Source of the DNA: Utricularia gibba
Taxonomy: Eukaryota > Plantae > Magnoliophyta
Assembly: GCA_002189035.1 (NCBI GenBank)
Contig: NEEC01000019.1
Location: forward strand, 930,001-994,000
Length of the DNA: 64,000 bases
Reading direction: 5' to 3'
In this document: piece after piece, positions 11,507 to 25,829 of the stretch
Layout of the letters: each line of letters begins with the position of its first letter
Position numbering within the stretch: position 1 is the first letter of the stretch
The notes under the pieces: model-generated
Told to the model about the DNA's origin: nothing
Databases searched by the model: none
Seen by the model: the letters and a program-made list of their open reading frames with translations, nothing else
Position numbers and translations under genes: made by a program

Positions 11507-14500
11507 TCAAATCTTGCTCCGAGGTAAAATGGCATTTGCAGAGTGTGCATCTGCACCGTTCCGTGGCCTGAGTTTTGAGAGTTCATTCTGATCTGTGATG
11601 AATTTGGCGAACCGGGAGCCCTTGATTACTTTTGCATCATCCCTGTGAGGCGACTCGGGGACGGCAGGATCGTGTCGGCTCTCTGGTTTTGGATGCGGTG
11701 GTGGTGGTGGTGGTGACAAAGACCACACGGCGGTAAGGCGTTCATCGGGCAGGTTGAGTTCTTCTAAGATGGCAAGATCCTCCATGTCTGCATCACGTAA
11801 AAAGCTTAATAGAGAGCTTAATGCTTTCTTCAAGCGATTTTAAAGAGGGGAAGAAACTAATATGCCATCAAAATGACTGGTCGGAAACAGCCCAACAGGC
11901 AAAGTTCCTCCATGCCGACGATCTTGATTTCAAGAAAAAAAAAATCAACCTCAAAAAGTTTCTAGTTCAGAAAGAAATTAAAGCTGCTCATTTGACAGGA
12001 ATCTCGAAAGATGGAGTAACCAACCTTTGGAGAAGTTCAAAACTGGCTGCAGAGCAGCACATGGTATGCTAAAATTGATGTGCGGTAGAAGTGTGCCACC
12101 AGCATGCCTGGCATTGCTGTCAAAACATTTAAAAGAAAACGTAAGTTTTCATGTACGGATGCCATGATTGAAGGGAAAAGTGAAAGAAAACAATAATGAG
12201 AAGCATATGACACGCGAGAAGATAAAGAGACAGATTTCAACATGCTCTCAGTTTTATGACAAATATTTTATGTAACTGACTTAACTACTCGTCTGATTAT
12301 CTGTTGTCCAAGCAACTTGCTTTAGGTCATGTAGTGCAAGGTTCCGAACCTCAATCAAGGCAAGTGAAGAAGGTTTCTAATATGCAATTTTGTTGAATCA
12401 AGGGACCTCTACCTTGTGACAAGGCCAATGAAGTGACCCTCAGAACTGATGACAGCACCACCACTACTCCCAGGATGAACTGCAGCAGTTGTCTGAAGCA
12501 TGGCAGGAAAACGATCTTGTACGCTCCACTTATGGGATGTAGTTTTCAAAGACCTGGTTGCTTTAATTACTCTGGTAATTACACCAAAGCATACTGATGG
12601 AAGCATATCTGACGAAAAGTCGAAAAGTTAGCTCATCATAACAACAAAAAATCAGCCGTCAAGAGTAAAAAATCAGGTCACTGAGACAAAAAAGAAATTT
12701 ATTAACTTTTCCATTACTAAATGCATATCTTACTTATCACACAACCATGCTTTTCCTGACGTTTGAAAGAATATTCAATAAAAAAGTGGTTCGCTAAACA
12801 TAGCAAAGTTCATGTCAGAATCCATCAGCTCAAAAATTGAAAAATTGCATGACTTGATTTTAGTAGTTCAATATGATAGAGCTGGAACATATCTAGGAGA
12901 CCAGACCTTATATGGCAATCTAATAAAAAGATTAGACAGAAGAATAGATCCTGTTACCAAAACGAGGTCCAAAGAGTCCATGGCCAATTATATATGCCTT
13001 TGATCCAACTTCAGGGCACTTGAAGTCAACGGAAATAGGGAAAAGTTGACCTGAAGATACTTGAAGCTGCAATAGTGCAATATCTAAAGGGCCTTTGGAA
13101 ATATATACTACCCTAGCGTCCGCCCACATCCATGGTTTCATAAAATCCAAACGTGCACATATACTTTGATGCTTTATGCTGGGAGAGTTATATCCGTATG
13201 GTGTATTCTCATGCCTCAAGGAGCTATCTCCATTTTCTGAACTTCTTGGCTGCTCATTCAGAGTTGATATTGCGCAATCAAATCTTCCAAATTGCTCACG
13301 CATATTGTAAACATCGGCACTCCTAAACCAGCTCGCATGTTTCTCATTACACACAGCTGTTTTGCCAAAACGCCATGGCTCCAAAAGATGAGCATTGGTA
13401 AGAATCAAACCTTCCTTATTTAGTAAAACACCAGATGCCCATGATCCATTCTCATGTTTAATAAGACAAATCGAGTTCATTGCCTTTTCAACAGGAGTTG
13501 GGATATGGGAAGGTAAATATATGTGCTCATTCAAACTACTTCCAGTTTCATTCAAGTGGCACAAGGTTGAACAGTTCGGCATATTCAAGTTCCGATTTTC
13601 ATCATTAGCTCCTATTGATGAAAAAGAAATATTCTTCAAAATTTCATCCCAAACAGATGCAATAACCTCCCATGGAATGACCATCTGCCAAGCGGAGGTA
13701 TGATTATTTAATAGTTCAAATATCGAGGCTTGATTCAAGATGATAACATCAAGTATAGCTAACATCTGTTTAAATTATCTACTTAATCCTCCCACATTTG
13801 CTCACAAAAAAACAAAAACAAAAATCCCACCACCAATGAAATTAGAAGAAGCAACAATGGCATCAACATGAAGAAACTGGCAATTACAAGGTCAAACTTT
13901 CAGATGAGCCAGATTCACAAAATTTTCTTCATCATATATAGTCATCAGGCTAGAATGAGATGCCATACGCAAACAACAAGAGCGCCCAATACAGTATTAC
14001 CTGAATTTCTGCACCACTATGTTTTTGCCGCAGTGGTGTGGTAAGAAGACCTATAATCTGGCCATACTGGCTGAAAACTGGGCTGCCTTCCATTCCTTTT
14101 AAGAACCAGAGGCAGAACAGAATCAGGAACCATAGTGCAGCACAGTAAATGGTAAGGCTGGCACTTCATACCAGGAAGGCACCTAATATCAACCATCAGT
14201 AAAGATCTTGTGAAAGAGTTGGGTGGGTAGATGTTGCCAATTGACCCCACAGAAATACTGTAATCAGTTAATGTCAAGATTGCATGAGTACAGAACTGTA
14301 TTTATGTCGTGTAAATGCAACACTACTTTGCATAAAAATGGAGCAAAACTGAGAGGTGGCACATATAAAGTGATCCAGAATATCGAACATTGAAACTTCT
14401 TGAAGGATTACTAACTTATTAAAGAAGTGCAAAGGTGATAGGATGCCAAAAGGAGAACCCATGGCCAGAATAAGATCCCCTCTCCTGGGAACTGACACTT

Positions 14501-15955
14501 GCAATTTGGGAAAAAACTGAAGCACAAAAATACGTGCTCCATCATCATAAGAAAATTGCAATCCAAAAATTGAGTAACATAGACTTGGATACGATCGGAA
14601 AAATTAAAAAACTGAAGTATAAATGGAAGAGTACCAAAGACAGTTTTGAAGGGATTGCGAGCACAGCCATCCTTGTAGCTAATTGCCCAATCTCTTTTGC
14701 ATCATGCGACTCCACCTTCTTCAGGGGCCAAAGGCTCTGATAGGATGAATCAACCTGAAATCAACAAAGATGCTCATTGAGATTTAATGGATAGGATTAG
14801 TATAAAAGACTGGATAAGCTGATCCATACTAACTAGCCTTCAACCAAAACAAAATCACCTGTGAATGAATAATTATGAGGCATTAGGCGATCATCTACCT
14901 TTGTGCCAGCATTCTCATTGATTTGTTGCGGACCATGGTTTTCATTAGCCAGAGACCAACCAACTTCCCAAATTTTATCCGATTTACCAAAAGAGGCTAA
15001 TATAATTGATTCAACAGCAGCTGATGCTTCAGGAATGCTTATCTACAGAACCCATATTAAAAAAAAAGTCACAAACTTTCTTGAGGAAGCATGGGTAACA
15101 GAAATAGGGGAATTAAAAAGCATAAAAATAAAACTATAGATGGTGCATTTTACATTCTAAAACCAAATTCAGTGATCCTCTTGGGCCAGCTTATCAATGT
15201 AACTGCATACCATCATCAACAGCTCAGCAGGAATCCATGATACTGCCTCGGTATTGCCTTCTAACCCGCATTTTTCCTGTACATAAATCTCCAGTCAGTA
15301 GCCAACCCAGTGATGGCATTTCTTGACAAAAAAATCTCCATCGATACTCCCCTACCTCAAACAATATATCGATTTGTGCACCTAATATTAGTTGCGGTTT
15401 CCCTTGCAATGGCTTTGAAGCAGCATACGATGTTAATAAAAATTCCAGAAACAAACAGTTATTTGTGCATGAAATCGTGTATGAGATAAACCTCTGATAA
15501 GTTTTCCCGATGCTGATGTGATAGAAAAGGCTCAATGACAGATGAAGTTATCACAACCAATGCACCTGACGACCATATATCATTGTTACCGGTCACTGTT
15601 TGACTCCCAGTGGATGCTGGAAAAATCATTCCTGATGCTGAGAGAGTCGTTTTCCCAGAACTACCAAGCACAATGATTCCCATATCAACTATCAAACTTC
15701 AAGAATAACTCATGAATCTCCTCCCAAGCAATAAATACGCAGCACACTCACTTGTGAAGGTGGAAAGCATGATTTCTCATCTTCAGACCCTTGGGATCCT
15801 GAATGCGTATTGTATAAACACCAAAATTCCATCACAAAAACAGCACTACATGATACATAACTATCTACACAGACTGGATGCAAACTCACTGGGCCTTGAA
15901 CTCTGACCATCACAGAAAATTTGCGAGCCAAATCAGCAACTTCAGGAAAACCCAT
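11507..15955 (-). CDS. DEG15: Glyoxysomal/peroxisomal processing protease DEG15 (multi-exon; first exons 15955-15890, 15798-15752, 15660-15492; last exon 11787-11507)
   Basis: N-terminus [34 protein letters not shown]. Trypsin triad motifs [20 protein letters not shown] and [11 protein letters not shown]-terminus [15 protein letters not shown] (PTS1-like). Confidence 0.93.
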
Positions 15956-16525
15956 GTAGACAAGTAGATAACTACTCAACAGCCGATGAGAGCAATCTGG
16001 AGCAATCAAGTACAACTGTTTCCAAGATTGCTAGGGAGTTGAAACCATGAGGTGAAGAACTTGCCCTCCAGGCTCCAACAACAGAGAAATCCCAAATTCA
16101 GACGCAACCTCGACCGTCCACATCACCATACGAAGGATTAACAGCAGCACGCCGCCGACTGCAAATCAACAACAAAATTATTACCAATTAAAAATAGGAA
16201 CGTAATTTATTTATCTCTTATTAATTAAATGAAGTCTATGTTTTAAAATTTCTCAATTAATAATTAATTAACGTGTAATTTAAACTTGATTAGTTCAGAA
16301 GCCAATGGATTTACACTTAATTAGTTTCAAAATTTAAATCCAATAAATAATATAAAAATAATTCATTATTTATATTTACAATTCAAATTTCACATTCAGC
16401 TTTTACTGCTCTATCTAATTTTAATTTAGTTTATAGCATTGAACTTATTTAATCTTATTGAGATTAATGTGTGTGCATATATATATATAAGTTATGTTAT
16501 ATTTAAATACTTTATAAAATGATTC

Positions 16526-16860
16526 TGTTTAATTTTTGAATATTTTAATCTTTAACTATTTTATATTAAAATCATAAATTTAGATTTTATCATTAACTTT
16601 TAAGGTTATTGATTTTTTATGATTAAATAAAAACTAATTAGAAAAATTATATTATTCATTTTTATATATTTTAAAAAATACCTTTATATTATAGCATTTA
16701 ATTATATACTAATTTCATATATTAAACTTTACAATATATATCTTATTTTATTAAATTTTATAGTATACCAACAATTTTACAATCTAAAACTCATTTTATT
16801 TACATAATGTCAAAATTGATTCTACTTTACATAATCTAAATCAAAATTTCAAATTAAACA
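16526..16860. mobile_element. Degenerate AT-rich MITE-like element, copy 1 (TIR TGTTTAATTT..AAATTAAACA)
   Basis: 10-bp terminal inverted repeat; homologous at both ends to 40356-40666. No clean TSD. Confidence 0.55.
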
Positions 16861-17026
16861 ACAAATAACTACATTACAGGAAAGGGTTAGCATGCAACCC
16901 TTATTTGTCTACAAAGTCACAGTCCGGAGTAATGTACAGTTATACAGAAACTCCCATGAAGAACACTGGAACAATGATAAGATCAAAGGCTAGCATTGGA
17001 ACCATGGAGCACTTGCTGCGCATCTG

Positions 17027-18960
17027 TCAAGATTTTCCATGTATTTCAATGTAAGCCTGCAAAGAAACACAGAAGATGTGGGCAGGGCCATGATTCTTTC
17101 AACAAGTTTGTCGAACCGGGTAGCCGTACCTCGACTAGCTTTGCAAGTTTGGAGTGCGATGAAGAAAGGTACAAATGGATTGATTCATTGGTTGCTGGAA
17201 TCTGATATGGTTGTATTGTGCTCATAACCTTGTCAACAGACTTCTTGACTATCAGCTTATGAGCATCCTTGCTCATCAGACCTTCACGCCAGGTTGGTTT
17301 CACCAATTCCTTAACATACTCTGCAAGTGCTGATTTGAAACACATCAAGGCTTTTGCTTCGAAGTTCATCTGCTCCTCTCCCTTGCAAACAGCTTCATCT
17401 TCACCTTTGGTGCCAGAGGCATCAGCGTTTACTTCTACCTCATTGTTCAGCTTTTCGACTCTTGAACCACTATCATGACTGCTTCCCATGGGTTCTGCTC
17501 CCACGGTTTCCCCTGTTTGAGCACCATCCTCAAAATTATCCCTTCCTGCTGAGGCATCTGATCTCGTCTTCAAATCCTTTACTGATGAAACTTGGTCAGA
17601 GGAAGTCAATTTTAACTGTTCATCACTCAAACGTGTTTCACCGATACCATTATCCTTGATTCCTTGTGGAAATTCCTTCAGTAATAAAGCCCGAGTTACA
17701 GCATGTGATGGTTCAAATGGAATTGATGGCTCCCAGGCGTAAGAAGGGAACATAGCATCATGAGCTGCAGGCTCCCTATCAGCTATTTGATGGTGCTGTG
17801 ATGTACCGCCAAAATCTGGGGACCAAAAAAAAGTACTTCTAGGAAAAGAAGGCTCGATGTAGCCATGAGGATTTCCAAGTTTCCAAGGGGTAAAACCGAA
17901 GGAAGTAGACTGGTTAGCCATGGAACCATCCAACAACCTCTTGTCATGGGCAACCATACCAATTTTATCCTCATTTAATCTTGTTCCAAAAGCGGATATT
18001 CCAGGACAACTATGGCGATCATATAATGATGCACTAGAGCAAGTCAACATATTTCCAATGGATGCATGATCTGTCTCAGGACACCCGTCTCTAAGCAATG
18101 AGGCAGAAGAGTAGCCCTCCAGGGAACTCACTTTATCAAAAGGTACGGAAATCCCACCCACCACCCGAGGAAAATCCATATTCATAGTCTGAATGTTTGA
18201 TTTTGGATACTCTACACCATCCTTCATATGAAGGAACCTGCAAGATGTGCCCTTGATGCACCAACCTTTTGCATAAAACTGACAAGGAACTTTAATTTTC
18301 TTCTTTGATCCATCATGTTGAACACCAAAAAGACGTTTCTTTGACTTTGAATTTTTCCCCGGAAACCTGAGAAAAAGAGTCAATATGACTAATCATAGCA
18401 AATATATAAAAAAAGCTCTAACCTTGGCGAAGTATGTTTAGCACCCATAGCTTTTGAAGTCTTTGGTGTAGTTTCTGTGTCAGTGACAGCAATGTCATTC
18501 CTCTTCGTTGGAGAAACATCATCCAAAATCAAAGCATTAGCATCTTCCACAGGACTCCTTTTCGAATGGCTCTCATTCTCAGAGGCAATTTTTTGATTAT
18601 CATCATCACGCATACTTCCCCCTGCAAGAACCCCCAAAAAAGGTTCCTAAAAAATCAGAAATAAGACCTAGGCGCGACCTTGACAAAAGCAGCATCACAC
18701 TGACTGCGAATTGCGAAACACAAACCGTTTACGTGATCATGCTCCAGAACCTTAGTCGGCATATCCAAAATCTTCTCCCTTTCCTTGGGGTTAGCGACAT
18801 CCGCAACATCTTTGGCGTCAATTCGGACTTCTATTTCTTGCTCGATGCCGCCACCCTCCAGTTCAGTCTCATCGTATTCCACTTCATTCCCCGTAAAGAC
18901 ACCTCCGGAACCCAGGGACCCGGCAGAAACTGGCGAGGCCACGGCGACGCACGACGCCAT
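17027..18960 (-). CDS. FES1: FRIGIDA-ESSENTIAL 1-like CCCH zinc-finger protein; 4 exons, last exon 17056-17027 (AYIEIHGKS*)
   Basis: C-x7-C-x5-C-x3-H finger CQFYAKGWCIKGTSCRFLH. C-terminal SRI-like domain FKSALAEYVKELVKPTWREGLMSKDAHKLIVKKSVDKV. Confidence 0.8.
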
Positions 18961-20162
18961 TGGGATCCAGGCACTGGAAGAATAGGAGAAGATAGAAGAG
19001 CTTTACCCAATTTTCTCGTCATTATATTTAAATTACATAACAAAGTTAATTATATTTATATATTTCATATCATTCTAATCAGTTTGAAAAATTCTTATTT
19101 CAGAAAAATTTTTAAGTTTTAATTTATTTTTGTTTCATTTTTTAAATGATTTTCCATTAGTCACAAGTTTATTTCATGTTACAAATATTCAAATAATACT
19201 TAACCTTATAATGAAACAAATTAGATTGATGCCATATTTTGGATTTGTTCTGTATTTTAATTTTTGCTTCAAACTATATAAAATATATTCAACACTATGA
19301 TTTCAGAAATAAATTTAATTTTTAAATTATAAAACTGTATTGTAAAATAATATAAAACTATATTATGGATTTTAATAAATTATATTATATATAGTAAATT
19401 TAATAAATTAAATTATTGTTTAGTTTTAATGTGATTAAATTTAAATTGAATAATATAATTTTTTAATTACTTTATTATTTAATCACTAAAATATATATTC
19501 AAGAAATTTAAAAAAATATATGAAATTAATAGTAAAATCTGAATTTCTAATTTTATTATAACACATGATAATATTATAATGTAAAAAAATTAAAAAAAAT
19601 CAATTTAAAAAATTTAGTTGAGATACCACGCCCTTGATGTTTGAACAAATTATTTATTTATTAAATGTTATTTTATGATTATTAATATTTAAAATGGTCC
19701 AGTGTCTGAATAATGGAGGTAATGAATGTGGTAAAATTGATTAGGTGCAAACCAGACAATTAGTGCGTATTTCAAGTCCTATATTTTGACAGCCTTTCTG
19801 GAGTTCGACGGCCGGATTACGACCTAAGCGTCAACGCGCAGAAGAAAAAGGACGAGAATTTCTCACTCAGACGCCATTTTGCTGTACTCCCGATTACTTC
19901 ACCGTGATTATCGGTATTGGGTACTTTGCAATTTGGTTCCGAGGAGTTCGCCCCTGCCATTCCCTTTTTGTTTCAACTGAGAAGAAACAAAAGTGAGTGA
20001 GTTGTCAACTAGGAATACGCAGTAAAATCATTTTTTGAGGATTTATTGAACTGGGGATTTTCGGATCGCCTTGCTCGGGGTGCCGGCAGATCGGCGATAG
20101 AAATGTTGCCAGTTTCTTGAGGTGGGGAGAGAGAGTGAAGTTCGAAGGGAGTCCAGATCACG

Positions 20163-23100
20163 ATGCAAGAAACTGTGCTTTATCTGTTTATTGTCGCCCT
20201 CTTTGTGGCGCCTAGGCTTGCTCTTTCTCGAGGTTAGTTCTATCTTGTTTTTTTAGCTAGTTCTTTCATGTATATATTTTCGCTATGTATGGCGAGTTGT
20301 GCCGTTGTTTGGTAAGATGATACGGATTTTGAACCCGATTTTATGCCCTCTATTGGAAATTTCGGTTTGGGAGTTCCTTCGCGTGATTGCTGTCCTGTCG
20401 GGGTAAAGAAATAGCATTTTATGGCTGTTGATCATCTTATTAATTGTGGGTTTTTTTGTGTTCTGCACAGCACCATATGTTCTACGAATAAGTTGTGGAG
20501 CTCGCGCTGATGTTCACAGTACGCCATCAAACACTCTGTGGTACAAAGATTTTGCATACACCGGAGGAATTCCAGCGAATGCAACCCGGCCAAGTTATAT
20601 CACACCTTCGTTGGATACACTTCGTTATTTCCCATTGTCCGAGGGCCCAGAGAATTGCTATAACATCAACAGAGTGCCCCGTGGACATTATGCAGTCAGA
20701 ATCTTCTTTGGATTGGTAGCTGATCCAAGTTTTAACAATGAACCTCTGTTTGATGTGTCCATTGAAGGAACTTTAATTTACTCTCTGCCATCTGGTTGGA
20801 GCAACCATGATGACGAGCGTGCATTTGTTGAAGCCCTGATATTTCTCAAAGATGGGACAGCTTCTCTTTGTTTCCACAGCACTGGACACGGAGATCCGGC
20901 TATTCTTGCGATTGAAATTCTTCAAATTGATAACAGGGCTTATTATTTTGGAAATGGCTATGGTCAAGGCACAATTCTTAGAACTGATAGAAGATTAAGT
21001 TTTGGTGCAAAGAGTCCGAAATTTGGGGCAGATTACAGTGCAGACCATTGGGGTGGTGATAGGTTTTGGAATGCACTTTCAGGTTTTGACCAGAGTTCTT
21101 TCAAGATCATTACTACTGACAGTGCCATCAAGCTGGCTTCAAGGCCACCAAACTTCTATCCAGAGGCTCTTTATCAGAGGGCCCTTGTTAGTACTGATAG
21201 TCAACCTGATCTATCATATATTATGGAGGTTGATCCCACAAGAAACTACTCTCTTTGGTTACACTTTGCAGAAATAGATCCTGCAGTCACAGATTCCGGT
21301 CAAAGGGTATTTGATATCCTACTTAATGGCGATGCTGTTTTTCGAGATATTGACATAGTTCAGATGGCTGGGGGAATTAACAGTGCCCTTGTATTGAACA
21401 CATCTGTCACTGTTAGTGGACGGATTTTGACTGTAACTTTACATCCAACAAAAGGGAATCATGCAATCATCAGTGCCATTGAGCTCTTAGAACTTGTCAA
21501 GGCTGAATCAAAGACACTACCAGAAGAAAGTGAGCAAAAATACTTGAAGCATACTTTTTCTCTTCTTTGTGCATCGTTACTGTAAATGAATCTCTTGCAA
21601 ATTTCTTTTTTTCTCTGCAGTCGGGGCTCTGAAAACATTGAAGAGTAGTCTTGGCCTTCCTCTTCGCTTAGGTTGGAATGGGGATCCCTGTGTTCCTGAA
21701 CAACATCCATGGAGTGGAATAGACTGCCAATATGACAGAACCCTCCATAAATATGTAATTGATGGATTGTGAGTTCTTTAGTCCTGCTCTTAATTGATTG
21801 AAAATTCAATTTTATGGAATCTTGTAGTACATCGTAGCATATTCAAGTCAGCACTTTGTTTGTTAGTTTTGCGTATCTTTATTTTGTTGGAACACAAGCA
21901 TTTTACAAAACAACTCTTGTAAGGCATGACAATTGCTAGTGGATGTAATTCTTATGTTGACCTGGTTGAGCATGTTTTATTTCATTTTCTCAAAAATATC
22001 TGCCATGACAGGGGTCTTGATAACCAGGGATTAAGGGGTTTCATACCACAAGACATATCCCGGCTGAAGCATCTCCAAAGCATGTAAGTCAAATAGTGTC
22101 CTTGCTCTCACAATGCTATGATTACAACAATGTACGATGGATATACGCATGTATTCTTTCTGCTTGTGCTCCCTTTATTGCTAAGAAACTGCCTTGGATA
22201 ATTCTCCCTTTTTTTTACAGAAACTTGAGTGGGAATAGCATTTCTGGAGAGATTCCATCATCTCTTGGAACAGTTTCTAGCCTTGAGATATTGTGAGTGG
22301 AGACTTCAACAATTTTATTGCAATTCTAAGCAGTCTTCTTTACTTTGTTCCAAACATGTGCTCTTCGAAATTTCTTTTGTGACTTCCAACTTCATAAGCC
22401 GATGTAAGCTGTAATTAAGAAAAACAAAAAAAAAAAAGTACTTTTCCCCATGGTTAGCCTCAATGACTGCCTCCTCGACTCAAGGACTTCTGAACTTCAA
22501 TTTTCACCACAGGGACCTCTCTTTCAATTCTTTCAATGGATCAATTCCTGAGAGCCTTGGAGGTTTAACCTCACTACGGATACTGTAAGTCTTTCTATGC
22601 CTTTCTTTTTCGCAGCCCGCACGATTTTTTTCATAAAGACTAATGATACTTCAACAGGGACCTGAATGGGAACTCTTTATCAGGAAGAGTGCCCACTGCA
22701 CTCGGTGGCCGCCTGTTACATGGAGCTAGCTTCAAGTACGTACCTCAGCTATTCCCATCAATGGGCCTAGCTTTTTATTCTGTTATTGCAGATTGATCAA
22801 TCAAAAGATACGTACGTATTGATGGTGGATCATTGCAGCTTCACCGATAATTCTGGTCTATGTGGAATCCCCGGCCTGCCCCCATGTGGGCCGCATCTCT
22901 CTGCTGGTGCAAGAGTCGGCGTCGGCCTTGCCGCCTGCATCGCCTTGCTGCTTATCGCCGCCGGCCTGACAGTCTGGATGAAACGACGCAAAAACATCCT
23001 TCGAGCCCAACACCTGGCTGGTAAGCCCCACCTTCTTGCTCAGCTTCATTCTCTTCCTCCGACTGTTGTACGGTGGTCGGCTTCTTCACCTTGCTCCTCC

Positions 23101-23254
23101 TCCTGTTCTTCTTTCCGCAGCCAGAGATGCCCCGTACGCAAAAGCAAGAACGCAGTTCAACCGGGACGTGCAGCTCGCGAGACACCACCACAGTCACGAC
23201 CAGCCGACGAAGCCCCGCAACGCCGCCGAGAATGGGCCGAGCCTGCTCGCCTGA
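20163..23254 (+). CDS. RLP4: Receptor-like protein 4 (malectin-like + LRR + TM); exons start 20163-20232, 20471-21529, 21621-21769, then short LRR exons, last exon ends 23254
   Basis: Signal peptide, malectin-like domain (LRYFPLSEGPENCY, DHWGGDRFW), WNGDPCVP LRRNT, 72-nt LRR exons, TM VGVGLAACIALLLIAAGLTVWM and tail AAENGPSLLA. Confidence 0.93.
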
Positions 23255-23483
23255 TCCCACCAACCCCTCGGCTATCCCTCTCTTGTACACCCTGTTAGGA
23301 ACGATGAGTACGGAAATTCTTTTACCACCAGAGAAGCGGTAAGCAAAATTAATTTTTAAATATTAATATTAATAATAATAAACAAAATTACTACGTTAAT
23401 TGGATAGAGACGGGTGATGAGATGTGGGCGGCGGCAAGAAGGCCGACAGTCTGAGAGTGGTAAAACAAGTACTGTCTATCCGC

Positions 23484-23503
23484 AGCCGCCACGTGATCAC
23501 GTG
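23484..23503. promoter_or_regulatory. Fused GCC-box/G-box (AGCCGCCACGTG) plus second G-box downstream of ERF12
   Basis: AGCCGCC at 23484-23490; CACGTG at 23490-23495 and 23498-23503. Confidence 0.45.
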
Positions 23504-23935
23504 ATCACCAACCCGGCGGCGTCACCCCCACGTCATCATATTCCTGGATTTAAAATAATTATTATAATTTTCTCCTTTTCCACGCTAAACGGCTTCTTCG
23601 TCTTTCACCAAAACCAATTCTCCTTTCTGCTGCAGCCTTTTTTTTGGGTTAATATTCTTCTGTCCAGAAAAGCAAATATTTTTTTCCAGGGGATTCCCAA
23701 AAGATTTGCTCTTTCACAAGATGCCCTCAAGAAAAATTAATATTTTTTTAATAAAAATGGGGAAATGAGAAAATGCGACGGGGTCAATCGGCGTCGCTGC
23801 GTTTTCGTCGTCTTTGTAAAATTCTTACATTTTCGCACACGCTCCCGACATGCCACGCATGTCCGCGCGTGAGGCGCAGAATCGTTGATTTACTAAACTA
23901 CCCCGGCCCCCTTCTCTGCTCGGCTGACCACCTGC

Positions 23936-23970
23936 TGACCTGACCTGACCGGACCAGACCGGACCAGACC
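23936..23970. repeat. Tandem pentamer (NGACC)x7
   Basis: TGACC TGACC TGACC GGACC AGACC GGACC AGACC read directly. Confidence 0.85.
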
Positions 23971-24195
23971 ATGCTTTTTTTATTTTTTTTTATTCCGCTA
24001 TTTGACCCTCAATTTACATCATCTTCTTTCTCACCATCCATCACTGCTGAAGTACTACTGCTGTAAGCAAACTTTTTTTTTACTGGTTTTTTAGGTTTTT
24101 TGGGATTAAAATATTGGATTTAAGAGGAACTGGAGATGTGGATGATTGGATAAGAGCAACACAAAAAAATGGAAGAAGGAGATGAAGGAAAGCGA

Positions 24196-24588
24196 CTACA
24201 TCCACACGGGGGGAGGTTCGTTGAGGTCGATGGGGAGTCCGCGGGCGGCGAAGCCAATGTAATTGGGTGGCGGAGGGGGCGGCGCTTCGTCTTCTCCGGG
24301 AGGCGGCGTGTGAGTCCCATTGGGGTGGGTGTGAAGGAGCTGGTTAATCATGGAGAAATGATCGGAGGGAACGTTTAGATCCAGAGACGGCGGCGGGAAA
24401 TTGGTCTTGGCCTTGGACCCTCGCAGGGACCTCGCAGCACCGTCGTAGGCCAGCGCGGCCTCCTCCGGAGTGTCGAAGGTCCCGAGCCACACGCGCGTCT
24501 TCTTCCACGGGTCACGTATCTCCGCCGCGTACCGCCCCCAGGGCCGCTTCCTCACGCCGCGGTAGTGTGCCTCACGCGCCGAGTTCAT
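24196..24588 (-). CDS. ERF12: Ethylene-responsive factor 12-like, class VIII EAR repressor, 130 aa, intronless
   Basis: [55 protein letters not shown], and C-terminus [15 protein letters not shown] closely match ERF12. True ATG at 24588 (the track start is TTG). Confidence 0.92.
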   Translation of the reverse strand: MNSAREAHYRGVRKRPWGRYAAEIRDPWKKTRVWLGTFDTPEEAALAYDGAARSLRGSKAKTNFPPPSLDLNVPSDHFSMINQLLHTHPNGTHTPPPGEDEAPPPPPPNYIGFAARGLPIDLNEPPPVWM

Positions 24589-25829
24589 CGGAATCAAATC
24601 AAAAACCTGGAGACACAGAGAGAGAGAGCTCGCCAACTGTTGCTTCCTTCTCCAGAGCGTAGAAGAAGATGAGATGAAAAGAAGAAGAAAGTGTGTGAAG
24701 TGAAAGTGGGGGAAACAGAGCGCAGAGCTTTAAAGAGAGTGGGTGAGGTGGGCCCCCCACAGTGTGAGCCGCGCCCGTAATCGTCGGCCTGTGGACGGCG
24801 GAGGAAGTAGCCGCCCTTTGCAGAGGCAGCGCCTGAAAACTGGACCAATGGAGACGAACGGGGACCGCTTCCGCTGGGCCGCGGCCGTAAACGCGGCCGC
24901 TTCATAAAGTCCCAGCACACATCTCGGGGCGGTTTTCTTTTCTTTTCCTTTTCTTTTTTTTTCATAATTTTCTTTTTTTCCCATAATTCGGATATAAGAT
25001 TCTGATTCCCACGCACACTCCCAATCGAACAGATACACGACACAAAAGGGTCTAAAAAGTAATTTCACCCCCTCCTTTCTTTTTCCTCTTTCGTTCAGTT
25101 TGACAAGATCCGACTTCCCTTTTTCAGCCTGGGTTTATTTACAGATTTACCCTTAACAGCGAGGCAAGTTAGCAAACTGCACTAGTTCAAGGACTCAAAT
25201 TCCTATTTTTATATTATCGAGGCCAATTTCATAATTATAGATAATGCCCTACCCACCGGACCTGGGTTGACCTACGTGGACCCCCCACGTGTCCGAATCA
25301 TAGACTGCTGACTCCAGGTACCCATTTTGTTATTTTAATGAACAATTTCTTTTTATGTTATTTTAATATATTTATTATTACATTGCAATAATGTCCGAAG
25401 GAACAAGGGACCAGCTAAAAACTAAAAGGAAAATGAAGGCAAATTACAAATGTCAGAGAACCTTATCTTCTTCATGTGCCCAAAACATACGCCAATAATG
25501 TCCGTACTGACACCGACGGACGTGCTTTAACAGAACCGCAAATTGTGCCGCCAAATAATACGTTAATATTAGGAAAATTATTTTAAAAAGAAATGTGTAA
25601 ATTCATTATTTTTTTTTTCAAGAAAAAGGAATAAACCGCATTTATCCATGAATTATGAAAAAAGTAATACGAAATTACAGGCATCAGCCGCCGGGTAGAG
25701 AGAGGATGGTGAATAAAGAGGGAAAAAAAACGAGGACGGGGCCGCCGATCGGAAGAGAGAATATTATTAATCTTCTTCTTCGACGTCTAATTACAGGAGC
25801 ATCGGAAAAGGTGAAACGGAGTCGTCGAT

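Noticed and set aside
15401-15420. Possible fourth missing-G lesion at the DEG15 exon 4 acceptor (CAAG|GG AAA)
   Set aside because: An in-frame alternative acceptor (AAAG|CCA TTG CAA GGG) exists, so an indel is not required; unresolved without reads.
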